DNA from: the human T2T-CHM13v2.0 reference genome, Homo sapiens
DNA: 64,000 bases
Assembly: GCF_009914755.1 (NCBI RefSeq)
Contig: NC_060929.1
Strand: one strand, 5' to 3'
Positions 43,081 to 58,521 of the stretch are shown one piece after another. The position numbers and the translations under genes were made by a program. The notes under the pieces were generated by a model that was given only the letters and a program-made list of their open reading frames with translations, made no database searches and was not told the DNA's origin. The first letter of the stretch is position 1, and each line of letters starts with the position of its first letter.

Positions 43081-43876
43081 TAGCAGACATTTTCAACAAG
43101 GTGTGTTCAAAATATCTTTGAAACTGAACTCTCTCTATATTTATATATTTTTACAATTAACTCATTTCCTGTAAGGCTGAATTGTAGGTCAGGAATACTT
43201 CAGGAATTAGCTGTTCTCCAAAACATAAATTATATGCAATCATTTGCTGCCCAACATATGCAACCTTTCTTTGCTTTGGAAAAGAAAGAGAAGTAAGAGA
43301 AGTCACAAAGAGCCCTTATTGTGTGCAAAATCCTCTTGGGGGTATTTGCCTATAATATTATAACTCAATATGACAACATATTGATTCAGTGCCTCAGAGA
43401 CAGTAAAAGCCATGTCAAGGACAGGCAGATAGCAACAAAAAAGGAGGGTATTTCACAGAGTTTGCTGTGATCTGTAGTCTCCTACATTTTTCTACACTGA
43501 AACTAACATTTTTGTTATTTTATATGTATTTTAAATTACATTTTATTTTTTATCAGGACACAAAAAACAACAAAATTCTATGAAGCCATAAGAAGTAATA
43601 GAGCTTAAACAATACAAAATACACCAAGAAAAGATGAGATCTTGGATCCAAGCAACCATGGAAGCCGATTTCTAAATTTCCGCCACTTTAAAACAATTTA
43701 TTAGCCTGTATAATTTTCCCTATTTGTGAATTGAGTGAATTGATGTCTGAAGTATGTTACAGATTCCATTCAAATCTAAGACTAGATTAATTACTTGGTA
43801 TTTAAAAAAGCACACACACAAAAGAATATATCGTAAGGGCCTGTCACCAGGCATACATATTAAAGTAAATACCTGA

Positions 43877-44226
<350 letters not shown>

Positions 44227-46833
44227 ACTATGTGTCTTTTAATTATTCATTTTGTAGCATGCACTTGGCTGTGATTGGCATAAACAATGAATGAATCTTC
44301 CTAGAATCTTTCTTCTCAGTTTTCGCTTTTGTTGTCCTTGGTTTATTGAGAAACAAAAATGCTGGTTAGCGTCCGGAATTGGGTCCTGACGTAGTACATT
44401 ATGAGGTACTTACATGTCACTCATAATGTTAAAGTAATAACCAGTTTAGACCCAAAACTAGGAAAACAATAATAACATTACTAAACAGGATGATACTGTG
44501 ATCTCTATGTCTCATTGCTATGGTCGCTGTTTTTCATAATATACTTGACAAGTGACATTCAAATGCATAACATTCAATCATGTGCTGTACATTCTATAGA
44601 GATTTTGTAAGTAAGAAAGGCTTCTGAAAATACTCCTATGACATTACCCATTTGGTTTTGGGACAAACAAATAAACGATGTCACCACAAATGAGAGGTGG
44701 CTAAGGCACTAAGTGAAGTAATTGCAAAAAAGTTACTCAGTCTAGGAAGTATGGTCCTATGCCTTAACTATTCTTATAACTCCTCGGATGTTTTAATATA
44801 CTTGTGGTAATATTGAAGAATAGTCATCTTCAAGCAACTTATAGCAGCTACGCATCAAAGTAACTTCCTGAAAATGCCTCAGTTCACACCATTATCCCAA
44901 GGTTTGGAGTTAGCCACATTGTATTAGATCCACTTTCAACCATTGTCCATAAAAGATGCTAAAGAGGTACCACTTAATGCAAGTAACAATTAACCTGGAA
45001 ACCCAATTTGAAAATCCTAAAACTAGAAATATTATTTCAGAAGATTTTCAAAGCAATGTTACCTGCTTTAAGGAAGCCTGAGGGGCATGGCCGTCTCTCC
45101 CTCATCAGGTCTTATCTCTCAATGTCAGGGTATAAGAAACTTATTACATTGAATCAGTACTTTCCAGTTTTCCCGTGTCTTTCAAGAATCACATGTAGTT
45201 TAGGGCAATTTGTAACAGTATATCTATTATTTCTCAAGTCCTAGAAAAGTATTTGACAAAATGGTGCTTTGTGGAAAGACAATAATTTTTTTCTGCTCCA
45301 TTTTGGTCTCTTTTGTTATAATAATCAGGCAAACTGAACTAGTGTAAAACAAAGCTTTATATTTTCCTCTTTAAAAGAGCAGAGGAAGAATGTGACTAAA
45401 TTTACTTTGGCATCATTGATTGAGTACATCCTATTTGCAATGATTTGGATTAGCTATTGAATGGCAAATGGTGACTGGTAAATATTTGTGTATATTTGAA
45501 CAGATGTAGATGTAGGATCAGCACACTGACGTACAGATAAAACATTTCTTAACACACCTGTCCATATAGCATATTTTGACTTATTTTTGCCCTGGTCAAT
45601 CCCAGTGTGTACCTATGGTAACCTTATGGGAACAATAGTTCCTCATTCCTCAATATACACTATCACTGTGTGACTTCTTCAGTGTTTACAACACACACAA
45701 TTTAGCAAGATATTTGATTTCTATGTAATTTAATATGTAATTGTTAAACAGTTTCATATAGAAGACTTTGACTTTTTACTAAGGCACTGGAAAACCTAAG
45801 AACTGGATTTTATTCTAGATTGTTATGAGTCAGAAACTTGCATAAATTCTTTTAGGCCTTAGAATGCCTGAAATTCTACACTAATGGGAGTATAATGCCA
45901 TAGCATAAGATGAGCAGCATAAGATGCAATGAGAACTTACTGTATTTATCTAAGACCCAATCTGTCATTTGCATGTCTAGCTCAGTGCTTATAAAAAGTA
46001 TATGATTATTTAAAATAAATAAATGAGCATGTTGGGGTTGATATATATGTAGAAAAAGAATGAGGATAGAATGAGATATTAATTATATGTCTACACTTGA
46101 TGCCTCTGCGCATTTAGACTTCAGCTACAGTTACTTCAAATACCTGTAAGAAATAACGACAATCTGACATAACATTTAATTTTATCTGTTAAATAGCAAA
46201 CACATCTGCACCCAAATTCAATAACTCCTAAGTGATGTAGGCAACAGAATGACGTATATATATGAAATTTTAAAGACAACTACTTTAAAAATAGATTTTA
46301 AAAAATGAATAAATGGTAAGAAAACACTGGGTCTTGGTAAACAAAAGTGACTAAATAATAAATACAGGCACAGCTTGGAGACATTGTGGGTTTGGTTCCA
46401 GACCATAAGAATAAAGCAAATATCATAACAAAGTGAGCCACATACATTTTTTGGTTTCCTAGTTCATATTAAAATTATGTTTACACTAGTCTTTTATGTG
46501 TGCGATAGTATGATGACTAAAAAAATGCACATACCTTAATTAAAAATGATTTACTGCTAAAAATGCTAATGCTCATTTGAGCTTTCAGCGAGTGGTAATC
46601 TGTTAATCTTTTTGCTAGTGGAGGGTCTTGTCTTGATGTGGATGGCTGCTGACAAGCGATGTGGTTGCTAAAGGTTGTCGCAGCTGTGACAATTTCTTAA
46701 AATAAGACAACAGTACAGTTTGTCACATCCATTGACTCTTTCTTTCACTAAAAATTTCTCTGTAGCATATGATACTGTTCAATAGCATTTGATCCACAGT
46801 AGAACTTCTTTCAAAATTGTAGTCAATCCTCTC

Positions 46834-47233
46834 TGATAGAGTTTGGATATATGTCCCTCCCCAAATCTCATGTTGAAATCTAGTTCTCAGTGATGAAGGC
46901 AGAGCCTTATGGGTAGTGGTTGGGTGAAGGGGGTGGATCCATCATGGCTTGGTGCTGTTCTTGCAATAGTAAGTATTCTTGAGATCTGATTAAGTGTGTG
47001 GCACCCCACACCACCACTCTCTTTCACTCCTGCTTTCACCATGTGACATGCTTGCTCTTGCCTCAATTTCTGCCATGAGTAAAAACTCCTTGAGGCCTCC
47101 CCAGAAGCTGAGCAGATGCTGATGCCATGCTTCCTGTACAGCCTGCAGAACCATGAGCCAATTAAACCTCTTTTCATTATAAGTTACCCAGTCTCAGGTA
47201 TTTCTTTATAGCAACACAAGAATGGTCTCGCAC
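46834..47233 (+). mobile_element. MST (MaLR) solo LTR nested in Tigger1
   Basis: tgatagagtttggatatatgtccctccccaaatctcatgttgaaat...cagcctgcagaaccatgagccaattaaacctcttttc..cagtctcaggtatttctttatagca. Confidence 0.9.
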
Positions 47234-47712
47234 ACCTCAAATCCTGATACTGCTCTATCAACTACGCTTAGGACATATTCTAAATCCTTTGTTGTCGTTT
47301 CACAATGTTTACAGCATCTTACTAGGAGTAGATTTCATTTCCAGAAACCATTTTATTAGATTATCCATTAAGAAGCAACTCCTCATCCATTAAAGTTTTA
47401 CCATGAGTTACAGCAATTTAGTCCAATCTTCAGGCTCCACTTCTAAACTTCTAACTCTAGTTTTTTTGCTATATCTACCATACTTGCAGTTACTTCCTCT
47501 ACTAAAGTCTTGAACTCTTCTAAGTCATCGAGAAGGGTTGGAATCAACTTCTTCCAAACTTGTGTTAAGGTTGATATTTTGACCTCCTCCCATCAATCAC
47601 AAATATTCTTAATGACATCAACAATGGTGAATCCTTTCCAAATGGTTTTCAATTACTATGCTGAGATCCATCATAGGGATTAGTATCTATAGCAGTAGGT
47701 ATAATCTTATGA

Positions 47713-48037
<325 letters not shown>

Positions 48038-49015
48038 ATGAAATGTATTTCTTAAATCATAATATTCGAAACTCAAAATTACTCCTTTATCCATGTGCTA
48101 CAGAAAGGATGCTGTGTTCACAGGTATAAAAATAACATTAATCCCTGCGTATATCTCCCTCAGAGCTCTTGGGTGACCAGATGCAATGTCTATGAGCAGT
48201 AATATTTTGAAAAAAAAAATAACATTTATAGATAGTAGGTCTCAACAGTAGGCTTAACATACTCAGTAAACCATGCTGTAAACAGATGTGGCTGTCATCC
48301 AGGCTTAGTTTCCATTTATAGAGCTTACACAGAGTAGATTTAGCATAATTCTTAAGGGTGAATTTGAAATGATATTTGAAATGATAAATGAGCATTGGCT
48401 TCAACTTAAAGTCAGCAGCTGTATTAGCCCCTAATAAAAGTCAGTCTGTCCTTTGAAATTTTGAAGCCAGGAATTGACTTCTCTCTAGCTATGAAAATCC
48501 TAGGTGACATCTTCTTCCTTTATAAGACTGTTTCATCTACCTTAAAAATCTAGTGTTTAGTGTAGCCACCTTCATCAATTATCTTGCTGTATCTCCTGGA
48601 AAATTTGCTGCAGCTTCTACATAGGAACTCGCTGCTTCACTTTGCAGTTTTATATTATAGAGATGGCTTATTTTCTTAAACTTTGTAAGCCAAACTGTTA
48701 GTTTCAAACATTTCTTCTGTAGCTTCCTCCTTCTCTCAGCCTTCAAAGAATTGGAGCAGTGGAGCCTTTCTCTGGATTAGGGTTCTATGCAGGGGTATGT
48801 TTTGGCTGCTTTGATCTATCCAAACCACTCAAACTTTCTCCATATCAACAATAAGGCTTTATTAACCTCTGTGTGTTCACTGCAGTAGTACTTTTAATTT
48901 CCTCCGAGAACTTTTCCTTTGCATTTACAACTTGGCTAACTAGTGCAAGAGATGTAACTTTCAGTCTATCTCAACTTTTGTCATGCCTTCCTCACTAAGC
49001 TTAATCATCTCTAAC

Positions 49016-49314
49016 TTTTCTTTTTTTTTTTGGAAACGGAATTTCACTCTTGTTGCTCAGGCTGGAGCGCAAAGGTGTGATCTTGGCTCACTGCAACCTC
49101 CGCCTCCTGAGTTAAAGTGATTCTCCTGCCTCAGCATCCTGAATAGCTGGGATTACAGGCATGCGCCACAACGCCAGACTAATTTTGTATTTTTGGTAGA
49201 TACGGGGGTTTCTCTATGTTGGTCAGGCTGGTCTCGAATTCCTGACCTCAGGTGTTCCACCCGCCTTGGCCTCCCAAAGTGCTGGGATTACAGGCATGAG
49301 CCAACGTGCCCGGC
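49016..49314 (-). mobile_element. AluS (Sp/Sq-like) nested in the Tigger1 transposase 5' end
   Basis: tttcactcttgttgctcaggc diagnostic. TSD aatcat(c/t)tctaactttt. Confidence 0.93.
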
Positions 49315-51646
49315 AATCATTTCTAACTTTTCATTTAAAGTGAGAGACATGCAACTCTTACTTTGACTTGAACACTTAGAGATTACTGTAGGGTTATTAA
49401 CTGACCTAATGTCAATGTTGTTATGTCTCAGGGAATAGGAAGACCCAGGGAGAGGGAGAGAGACAAGGAAAAAGCCATGTGGTGGGGGCAATCGGAACAC
49501 ATAACATTAATTGATTAAGTTTGCCATACCGTGGGCATGGTTCATGGCACTACAAAACTATTACAACAGTAACATCAAAAATCACTGAACAGATATCACT
49601 ATAACATATATAATAGTATTTAAAAAGTTTGAAATATTGCAAGAATTATCAAAATGTGACACAGAGACATAAAGTAAGCATATGCTGTTGGAAAAATGGC
49701 GCTGACAGACTTACTCAATGTAGGGTTGTCACAAACCTTCAGTTTGTAAAAACAACACAATATCTGCAAAGTGCACTAAAATAAGGTTTGTTTGTACTTG
49801 AGTCTTTACAAGTAAACATGGCTCATTTCTCAGAGGAGCTAACTCAAAAAAAAGTTATATGAGATCTTACCTTGCCCTAAGATTTCAACTAACTGGACAA
49901 AATAAAGTTGCTGAAAGGTACCGATAATGTGAAGGAATAAAAAGCCTTAAATTTTCCTTAAAATTTAATACTAAAAATTTTTTAGTATTTTTAGTATTGA
50001 CTACTGGTGGGTCAATATTTTTCATCTTTGAATATTCATTTGACAGAAATTTACCAGCATTAGTTAATTGTATCAAAGGCTGTCTCTCTTCATTACTTAA
50101 ATGCAATGAAATTACTTATTTTATTTCTTTCACAAAAGCAGTTAGTGGAAGGTAATTTTCATATGTAGGGCTCCATTTTCCTCTAATTTCTTTTCCCCCA
50201 GGATTAATTTTTTTTTTCAGACAGTAAGAAGGTTTTCAAATCTTCCCTCTGAACTCATTTTAAAACTGTCTAAAAAGCAAAGCTTGGTATATTGGATTTA
50301 TAGAAGTCTCAGGCTAACATCAATTCTGTTTCTATATTAACATATGACAAAAAACAACCCTATCTTTTGGTTGAATACTGAAAGGGCTAAAACTCATAAT
50401 TTTCTTCTTCTTATCTGATTTCTAAATGAATTCTTTACCTCACTTATTCTGAAAGAACAAAAGTATAAATAGTTCTATATTCTATTGAGTGTTCTATTAA
50501 AAGCACCTTTAGACAAATCCAGAAGTAGATCTAAAGGTTGCCCTCATTCATCTCTCAGAGACACAGCAGATGAAACAACTGTTTTACATCCTTCAGATGT
50601 CAGCAAGCATTAATCTATTTTATGCCACCCTCAAGTGATTCCACATAGTTTGGGAAACTGAAATGCTTTGTATTTTAAAAAATTGAGTAATGAAAATAGC
50701 TCAAAATTGCCATGTTTATTTTGCCTAAATGCAAAACATCCCTCTCCAAGATTCAATAAATGTCCCATTTTGATGATGTGCAAAATTCTTTAAATTTGCA
50801 GCAGTACTTGAGGAACTTGTGCTAACAAGCAGGTAAATATTCCTGTATGAGTCACTTAAACTTGTTTTTTGTTGCTCCTCTATACAAAAGTTGGAGTTGT
50901 CCTTAGAACATTTGACAAATTTTTGCAACATTTTCCTCTTTTTACTCAGTGAATTTATATACATAAATCATACCTATCTCATTTTTTAAAATCTAACTTT
51001 TCAGGTCTTTCAGACTTTCTCAGAGTTTTAAGGTAAAACTTGAGTGTTGTGAGTTCAGTTTTCGAGAACACTTCCCCAAATTGAATAAATTAATTGCATT
51101 ACAGTTTATTTAACAATATGTATATAAAAAATATTGCTCAGATCCACAAAATGTAAAATAAATGTTTAAAAGCACACACACAAAAAATAATAACCAGAAT
51201 TATTTAGCATGTGGTTAGGGGGGAGATGGGTATGTATTAACTCTAATTGCCTTTCTAAAAGAAAGCAACCATGTCTAAAATTAAAATTTTAGTTTCAATT
51301 ATTCAGGTCCATTTTAGTGGTAAAATTATATTGATCTTTTAAGTGTACTATTGAATATTGCATATGCTGTATGACATGTATTTGTGTATTTTTTTTCTTA
51401 CAGTTTTCGTGTTTATTTCTTAAGATACTTGGTTAACAAAGTATTAGATAAGCTTCTTGAATTTGGAGATTATGTCTCCTCTCCCAGAAATCCACAATAT
51501 GAAATTGATATATTGGACTGTAGAGGATCAATATAGACTATAAGACACACAGTATGCCCCCTCTAACCTGCTGAAACAGAGTTTACCTCTGGAAGGAACT
51601 AGCTTCCTTCCAATGAAGTGTCACGCTAAATGGTGTTGAACACTGA

Positions 51647-52003
<357 letters not shown>

Positions 52004-53081
52004 TGAGAGTATTTCTTAAACCTCTTATCTAAAATTCATCACCGTCTTCAATTTCAGCATTCATTTGTCTATTCCTTTATTTTTTTCCATAACATGCCTT
52101 CACGTACCATAACACTCCCTTACACTGTGCCATTTATCTGTTTAGCACCATGCTTACAATGTTTTATAAAGGTAGATTTTATGGAATCAGCAACCTATCA
52201 AACTTATTAATCTGTACCTTCCACATATAGTAGGCTCTCTTAATTATGTAATAAATTAATGACTCAATATTGATAAACTGTATCTTTCTCAAATTCCATA
52301 AGATGGATTTCTATTATATGTGTTCCCAGACTTTTTCCTTAAAAAGCCTCTATCTTAGGTTCCTACGCTTGCCTTCAGGAGACTGACTTAACTTTCCTTC
52401 TCTTCCTCTTAACTCAAATGCTATCAGGTATAGTCACGGAATCATATTGTGGGTTTCCATGACTATACTTGAAGTGCTTCCATACCTGTTAGCATTTGAT
52501 AGGCCAGAAACACGAGCCCTAGAATGAGTGTACTTTGTGATGTTTATTATGTTATCAGAGATGAGTGTTCTAACACCCAAGGCTTCTTCACATTCCCAAT
52601 ATGTGAAAGTGTGTTTGCAACCACAGAGAAAAGCACTCAATGCAGACTTGATTTTATATATTTTGCTTTCAGGTAAAATTAAACTTAAATTTTGGTTTCT
52701 GCATCTGTAAAATTCTGAAGAAAATTTTATGTTCATTCATAATGAGTGAAATATTGGCCAGCTCTATCTAGGACAGCAGGTAGAAAGAGAATAGGATTTC
52801 ATGACACTAACAACGTTTTACATGAATGCAAGGAGGGAGAAATAGATCCCTCACCCAGTGTGTGGTGTGCTTGTGTGGACTGTGTGCTTAAGCATTTGAT
52901 ACAGACACTTTTTTTCCTATATTTCTTGGAATTTGGTAAAATAAATATATCCTCCTTCCCCAACCCTTATTGTATTTCTTCATCATTTTCAACCACTTTT
53001 CCATCCTTTCATAAAGCTGATCACCTTTTGTGTACTCTGGGCTGAGGATATAAGCAAAATTGCTATGCAGTTGTGGTTTGA

Positions 53082-53715
<634 letters not shown>

Positions 53716-56700
53716 TGAAACACTTCTTTACATTTGGTAAACAACTACTTCCCAGAGGCCCCCAAGGGCCCCATCTCACTTTGTGTTCCCCAGGAATCTT
53801 CTGTGTTCTCAGGATATACAAACCTAAAAGTTAACGCCTATTATAACAGGGGTTCTTGAACCCTGCTTCATTCAGTGCTGATATCTGAAGACTTTCTGGT
53901 TGCATGATGGCCATGCGCAGTCCTGCTTTGAAGTTCTCACTACCTGGCTTCTGAACATCACCCCTGGCACCTTTCTCACAATCCACAGAGCCACTCTGCA
54001 CATACTTCCCAAACCCTACCCTGTCCAGAGAGGAAAAGACCATGGAAGGTGAAAGGGGTAAAGAGGCAACCTTCATGTTGGTGTTGGGACCACAAATGCC
54101 TGTCCTAACACCATTTGATATTTTGAATAGCACATTAATCATAAATTGAGATGAATAAGAGGTATCCAATGCCCTTAAATATATGGAGAAATAGACAAGT
54201 TAAAAGGCAATTACTGTACAGTTATGTTCCGTAGAGTTTTGTGCACTAAGCAGTATCTTCAACCCAGCCTTAACACTGAAAGAACTAGAATCGGAGGAAA
54301 TTGCCGTTAAGCAAATTCCTGAAGGCCACATAGCCAAGAAAGTTGCAGGTATGCTACTGGGGAGGGCAGAAAAAAATCCTATGTAGATCTCCAAGGAGGC
54401 GATGGTCCTTGCGTCTTAGGGAAACAGAAAGTAGTTCAGTGGGGAGAGAATTGATAACTGAGAGAGAGAGAGAGATACTGGAAGTGAGAATTGGGAGTAG
54501 AGACATGGTAAATATCATTTGTGCCAAGGGAAAGATGTTTTTCAATCTTTTTCTCCATACTCTAGCAGAGTTTGCTTTACGAAACCTTACTTCTTAAAAA
54601 CTGTTATCATCACTCCACATTTCTCAAAGGAATAAATCCAAGCCTTTACCCATATTTCTCTAGAATCATATTTACAAAATGATATTAATATTAAAAAAAG
54701 GAGATTGCAAGACAGAGAAATGGCATTAAAACATGGAACATTTGTCCATCTTTCTACCTGTGGTAACATTTAAAAGCCTGCGTATTACAAAGGCTGAAAG
54801 CATTGGCCCAGAGACAGGCGGCTTGGGGAGTACCCAGGTCTGAGTCCCTGATTAGACCCATAACATTGTAAAAGCTACTCAACCAGTCAGCCCTCATCTA
54901 TAAAAAAACGGGTTAAGCATAGAGCATGCAAAGTGTGTGGGAAGTTGCCTGCCCCAGATGCGTTCACTAAGTTAGCTACCACTGATTTTATTTAAATTAT
55001 AGAACGGATAAGTGAATATGACTGCAGTTATGAGAAAAAGCCATAACATCCTTTTCTTTTTTTTTCTGAATAACTATTTGAGCACAAACTAATATCTTGT
55101 TCCAGATATTACATAGTGGTGGACAGCCTGGAAGGCAGGATATTATAAGGGCTTAATTTAAAGTCATCTCAGTCAAGTAAATTAACATATTCTAATAACT
55201 TCCTACATCATAGAAATAAGCCTGAAGCTGTTCCAGAATGTGTAGGCTGAGGTGAGGAGGCAGCCCAGGAGGAAACTAGATAAAGTGTAAACAAATTCAA
55301 AGATTATAGGCAGTTAATGGAATGGTGAGAATGAGATTGTATCTTCAATTTACAGGGACATCATGAGATAATTTAGGTAAATTAGACAGTTAAAAACTAT
55401 GTCCAGATAACGGGAAACATACTGGATTACTGTTATTATCCCAAGTTTTCTTTTCTATTGTTCAGCAGCATCTACACAGTAATCATCAAAGAATGTAGCT
55501 GTGTGTATAATTTGCAAGAAGACCTAAAATTTTCTTTATTGCAAAGACAACCTGATTGCCTCACTATCTAAAAGGAACAACTAACATAAATTATAGCTAG
55601 AAAATTGCCTCACTAATGTAGTCCCAAATTAACCTCTGTAAATACTTTCATATGTTCAGGCATCACCAGAGACATAATTCTAAAAACATTTAAATGTATT
55701 ACTGCAACCCAACTAGTGGATGAAAATATGTTGTTTGGCCTGGTATTAGAAAAGCTGAAAAGTCTTTCAAGTATTGTCATCACTCTTACTATTCATTATC
55801 TTTACATATCTCTCTTTAAATGGATGTGTTATATCCAGTGTCTTTCTACTCACTTCTAGTAAAGAATGATCATGCAAAAATTTTAAAATATAAAGAATAA
55901 AGATTTCAATAGCCATAGCTCTAAGTATCAATGTTTTCCTTCAAGACTTTTTATGCATCTTTATCTTAAAATTGCTCATGTTCCAAAAGGGGTATAAAAT
56001 TGCGTCTAAATCTGTAATATCTTTTCCTAAACCATGATATGAACTATTAATATTTTAAACCAAGTTTGTGTGTGTGGGGGGGGGGTGTTTTTAGCATATT
56101 AGGACAAGTTAGTAATCGAGCAAGTATTCTGCTTTTATGTTATAGCAATTTGTTTTGTGTGTAAGTGCTCCTAAAACAAGCATCACTCTTTTGTAGAATA
56201 CGGTTTTAGATTATAAATATGCCCAAAGGCTCAGCAAAGGGAATCTGACTATAAATTTAGCAGAAATAATAAATGTACTAGTTTCCACTGCTTTCCCAGA
56301 AAATCAGAATGTCTCCTTTTTAATGTTACTGGATTCATGTGTGCTCAGAAGCAGGCCAAAGCACCTTAACTGTTTCTTGTTTTCTCCTTCCTCTTTTCCT
56401 TCTTTTTCTTCTTCTTCATCTTTTTTTGGTGGGGGAGGGTAACAGGGGTAAAAATATTGCCTGAATATGCGTTTCTCTAGAAGGGAAATTAAACTGCTAT
56501 TTAACTTGATCCGATCATTCCAGTCTTGAATTGTTTCTTCTCTTCTGTTGCTATATTTTAGGTTCAGAGTTCAATTAGCAAAATTATAGTTTCGTTTTTC
56601 CCCTGGTGAGTGTCTTTTAAACAAAATGATTTAAGCAAGAAACTGCTTTGTGAGTGATTACATTTATCTCAGCATGCATTCTATTTCTCTCTGGTTTGGC

Positions 56701-57298
56701 CAATTAGAGATATAACAAAGGCCTACGACTTCTATCACATCTACAAACTATACTGTTTGGTGTTACATTAAAACCTCAAACCTAATCTCTAAATAACTTA
56801 ATCTCTAAATACTGGAATCTCTAAAGAGTTCAACTCTCTGTATACTACTTATAGATATGAGATCCATCTAATTTAAAAGACGGAGTTTATGAATATTAGT
56901 TCCCTTAGGCTACTGTGACTACTTCCCTAGGAGACACTGTGCTTAGTTTAATGATAAATTTTAAAAATGAAAATGAATATATTCATGAATATCAGATGTT
57001 ATAAGGTCAACAATTGATTTGACTTGGAAAGAAATTGATTTTATTCCGATTTAATGACTTTTGTGCCCTTTTAGTCTTAAAATATTATTTCTATCATTAA
57101 ATAATAGTGGTAACAGTGAATAGTTCCCTCACTAATGTGTATTATGATGAATTGGAAACAAAATTTTTAAAAATGTTTTCATTATTATTTATGATTTGTA
57201 TGTGTTTTAAATCCATCCCTTTATTTTTTTATATTGTTGTTCTGATGAAAATTCCAGACTTGGATGACATGATTGGAAGTTTAAACTGAACATACCCT

Positions 57299-58510
57299 AA
57301 TTTTCTTTTCTTTTCTTTTTTATTTCATTGTTTTCAAATCAACCTTATTTTAAACTCCCTCTTACACAGAGACACACTACACAATACAGTGTTAGAGCAG
57401 AAAATAAATTATTTACAAAAATCATTTAGAGTAAAATCACATTTTTATTTCAACAAATATATCAGATTAATTGTATCTTTATGATCATTTGTTGCTGTCA
57501 GTCTATTCATACTGGGAAAACTGTCACATTAAAAATCCTCAAAATAGTTTTAGCACAGGTCAAATCTTATTTTGCTAAGCCCCTGAGCTCTTCGAAGAGG
57601 CTGACCTTATGCATTGACCTCTTCCCCAGCTACCCTGGTCTCTTCTCTCCAGAATGCCTTGCTACATGCTCTGGCCTCAAAGCTACTTTTTTCCCCGCTC
57701 ACATTAACTCTAGGTGAACATTTAATGATATCACCTTTTTAGCCAACGATGCTCTGCAGAAACCATGTAGCTTCTCTGACAAGTAGACTTAGAGTCCCTG
57801 CCCCAAATAGGACCTCATACCATTTTCCTGATGCTTACTGACAAGGAAGAGGATCCAGATGAGGGTACATTTTGGGTATCCTTCTTATTATTCATAAAAT
57901 TGCCAATAATGGTCAATCTTCTAACATCTCCAAGCTTCATGTCTCAGATAATCATTCAAACATTGGATGGCAAAGAGGTCGTCGATGTCAAGCTTATTGG
58001 CAAACAAGTGGTGCTTGCACAGCATCCATTTCAAGTCACCAGCTCTGAAAATGCACACCAAGTGCACGTGGTCCCCATCGTAGGGTGGGTAGGGAGCATC
58101 CTCAGAAACATCACCCTCCAAGTACTGCCACTTGACAAACCTGGCGACTGCATGCGTGTCAGACAAGTCATACTTATGGCTTGTAGAGAGTGAGCCGGGG
58201 ACTTCAGGAATACTCTGGATGGTGGCTCAGAGATGCTCATCAGGGCTGTATGTGTCTTGTGCTCACTCCATAAACTTTTGGATTTTTTTAATCCTGAAGT
58301 ACATACCCCACATACTCCCTACTGACCACAAAATAGGCACAGCCTGAACAAAGAAGTGTTTCAAGTGGAGGAGGCATTTTAACATTCCCTGTGTTTGTCA
58401 GCTTTCCAAAAACCTCATACTGCTTTTTCCACCTTTCTCCTTTATTGGATAGCATCCTCTCCATTTCGAGGTTGTTTTCTCCCATTAACAACTTGATCTT
58501 ATTAACAACA
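57299..58510 (-). pseudogene. GCNT1: GCNT1 pseudogene (core 2 beta-1,6-N-acetylglucosaminyltransferase), 5'-truncated: C-terminal CDS about 58510-57913, 3'UTR and A-rich tail. The symbol is the parent gene; the GCNT1P number is not determined.
   Basis: Minus translations KLLMGENNLEMERM..ERWKK.YEV.GKLTNTG.VKM.PPLET..SG.AYFVVSREYVGYVLQ, KIQKFME*AQDTYSPDEHL*ATIQSIPEVPGSL..SHKYDLSD and AVARFVKWQYLEGDVS..APYPP.DG.HV..VCIF.AGDL.WML.KHHLFANK.D.D.LFAIQCL match GCNT1 as I recall it. Disabled by TAA plus a +1 frameshift at about 58290, TGA at 58263-58265 and 58227-58229, and a terminal frameshift. Downstream sequence resembles the GCNT1 3'UTR. T-rich run at 57299-57334. Confidence 0.93.
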
Positions 58511-58521
58511 TTATGTTATCA

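Noticed and set aside
53831-54169. 112-aa minus ORF in unique sequence
   Set aside because: Non-ATG start, no recognisable motif or clear splice signals, and a length expected by chance.
56783-56811. Short direct repeats (taatctctaaata x2; also gtacactga x2 near 7610 and agtataaatt x2 near 4867)
   Set aside because: Ordinary slippage-size duplications.
57831-58193. 120-aa plus-strand ORF
   Set aside because: It is the antisense shadow of the GCNT1 pseudogene CDS, with no independent coding evidence.
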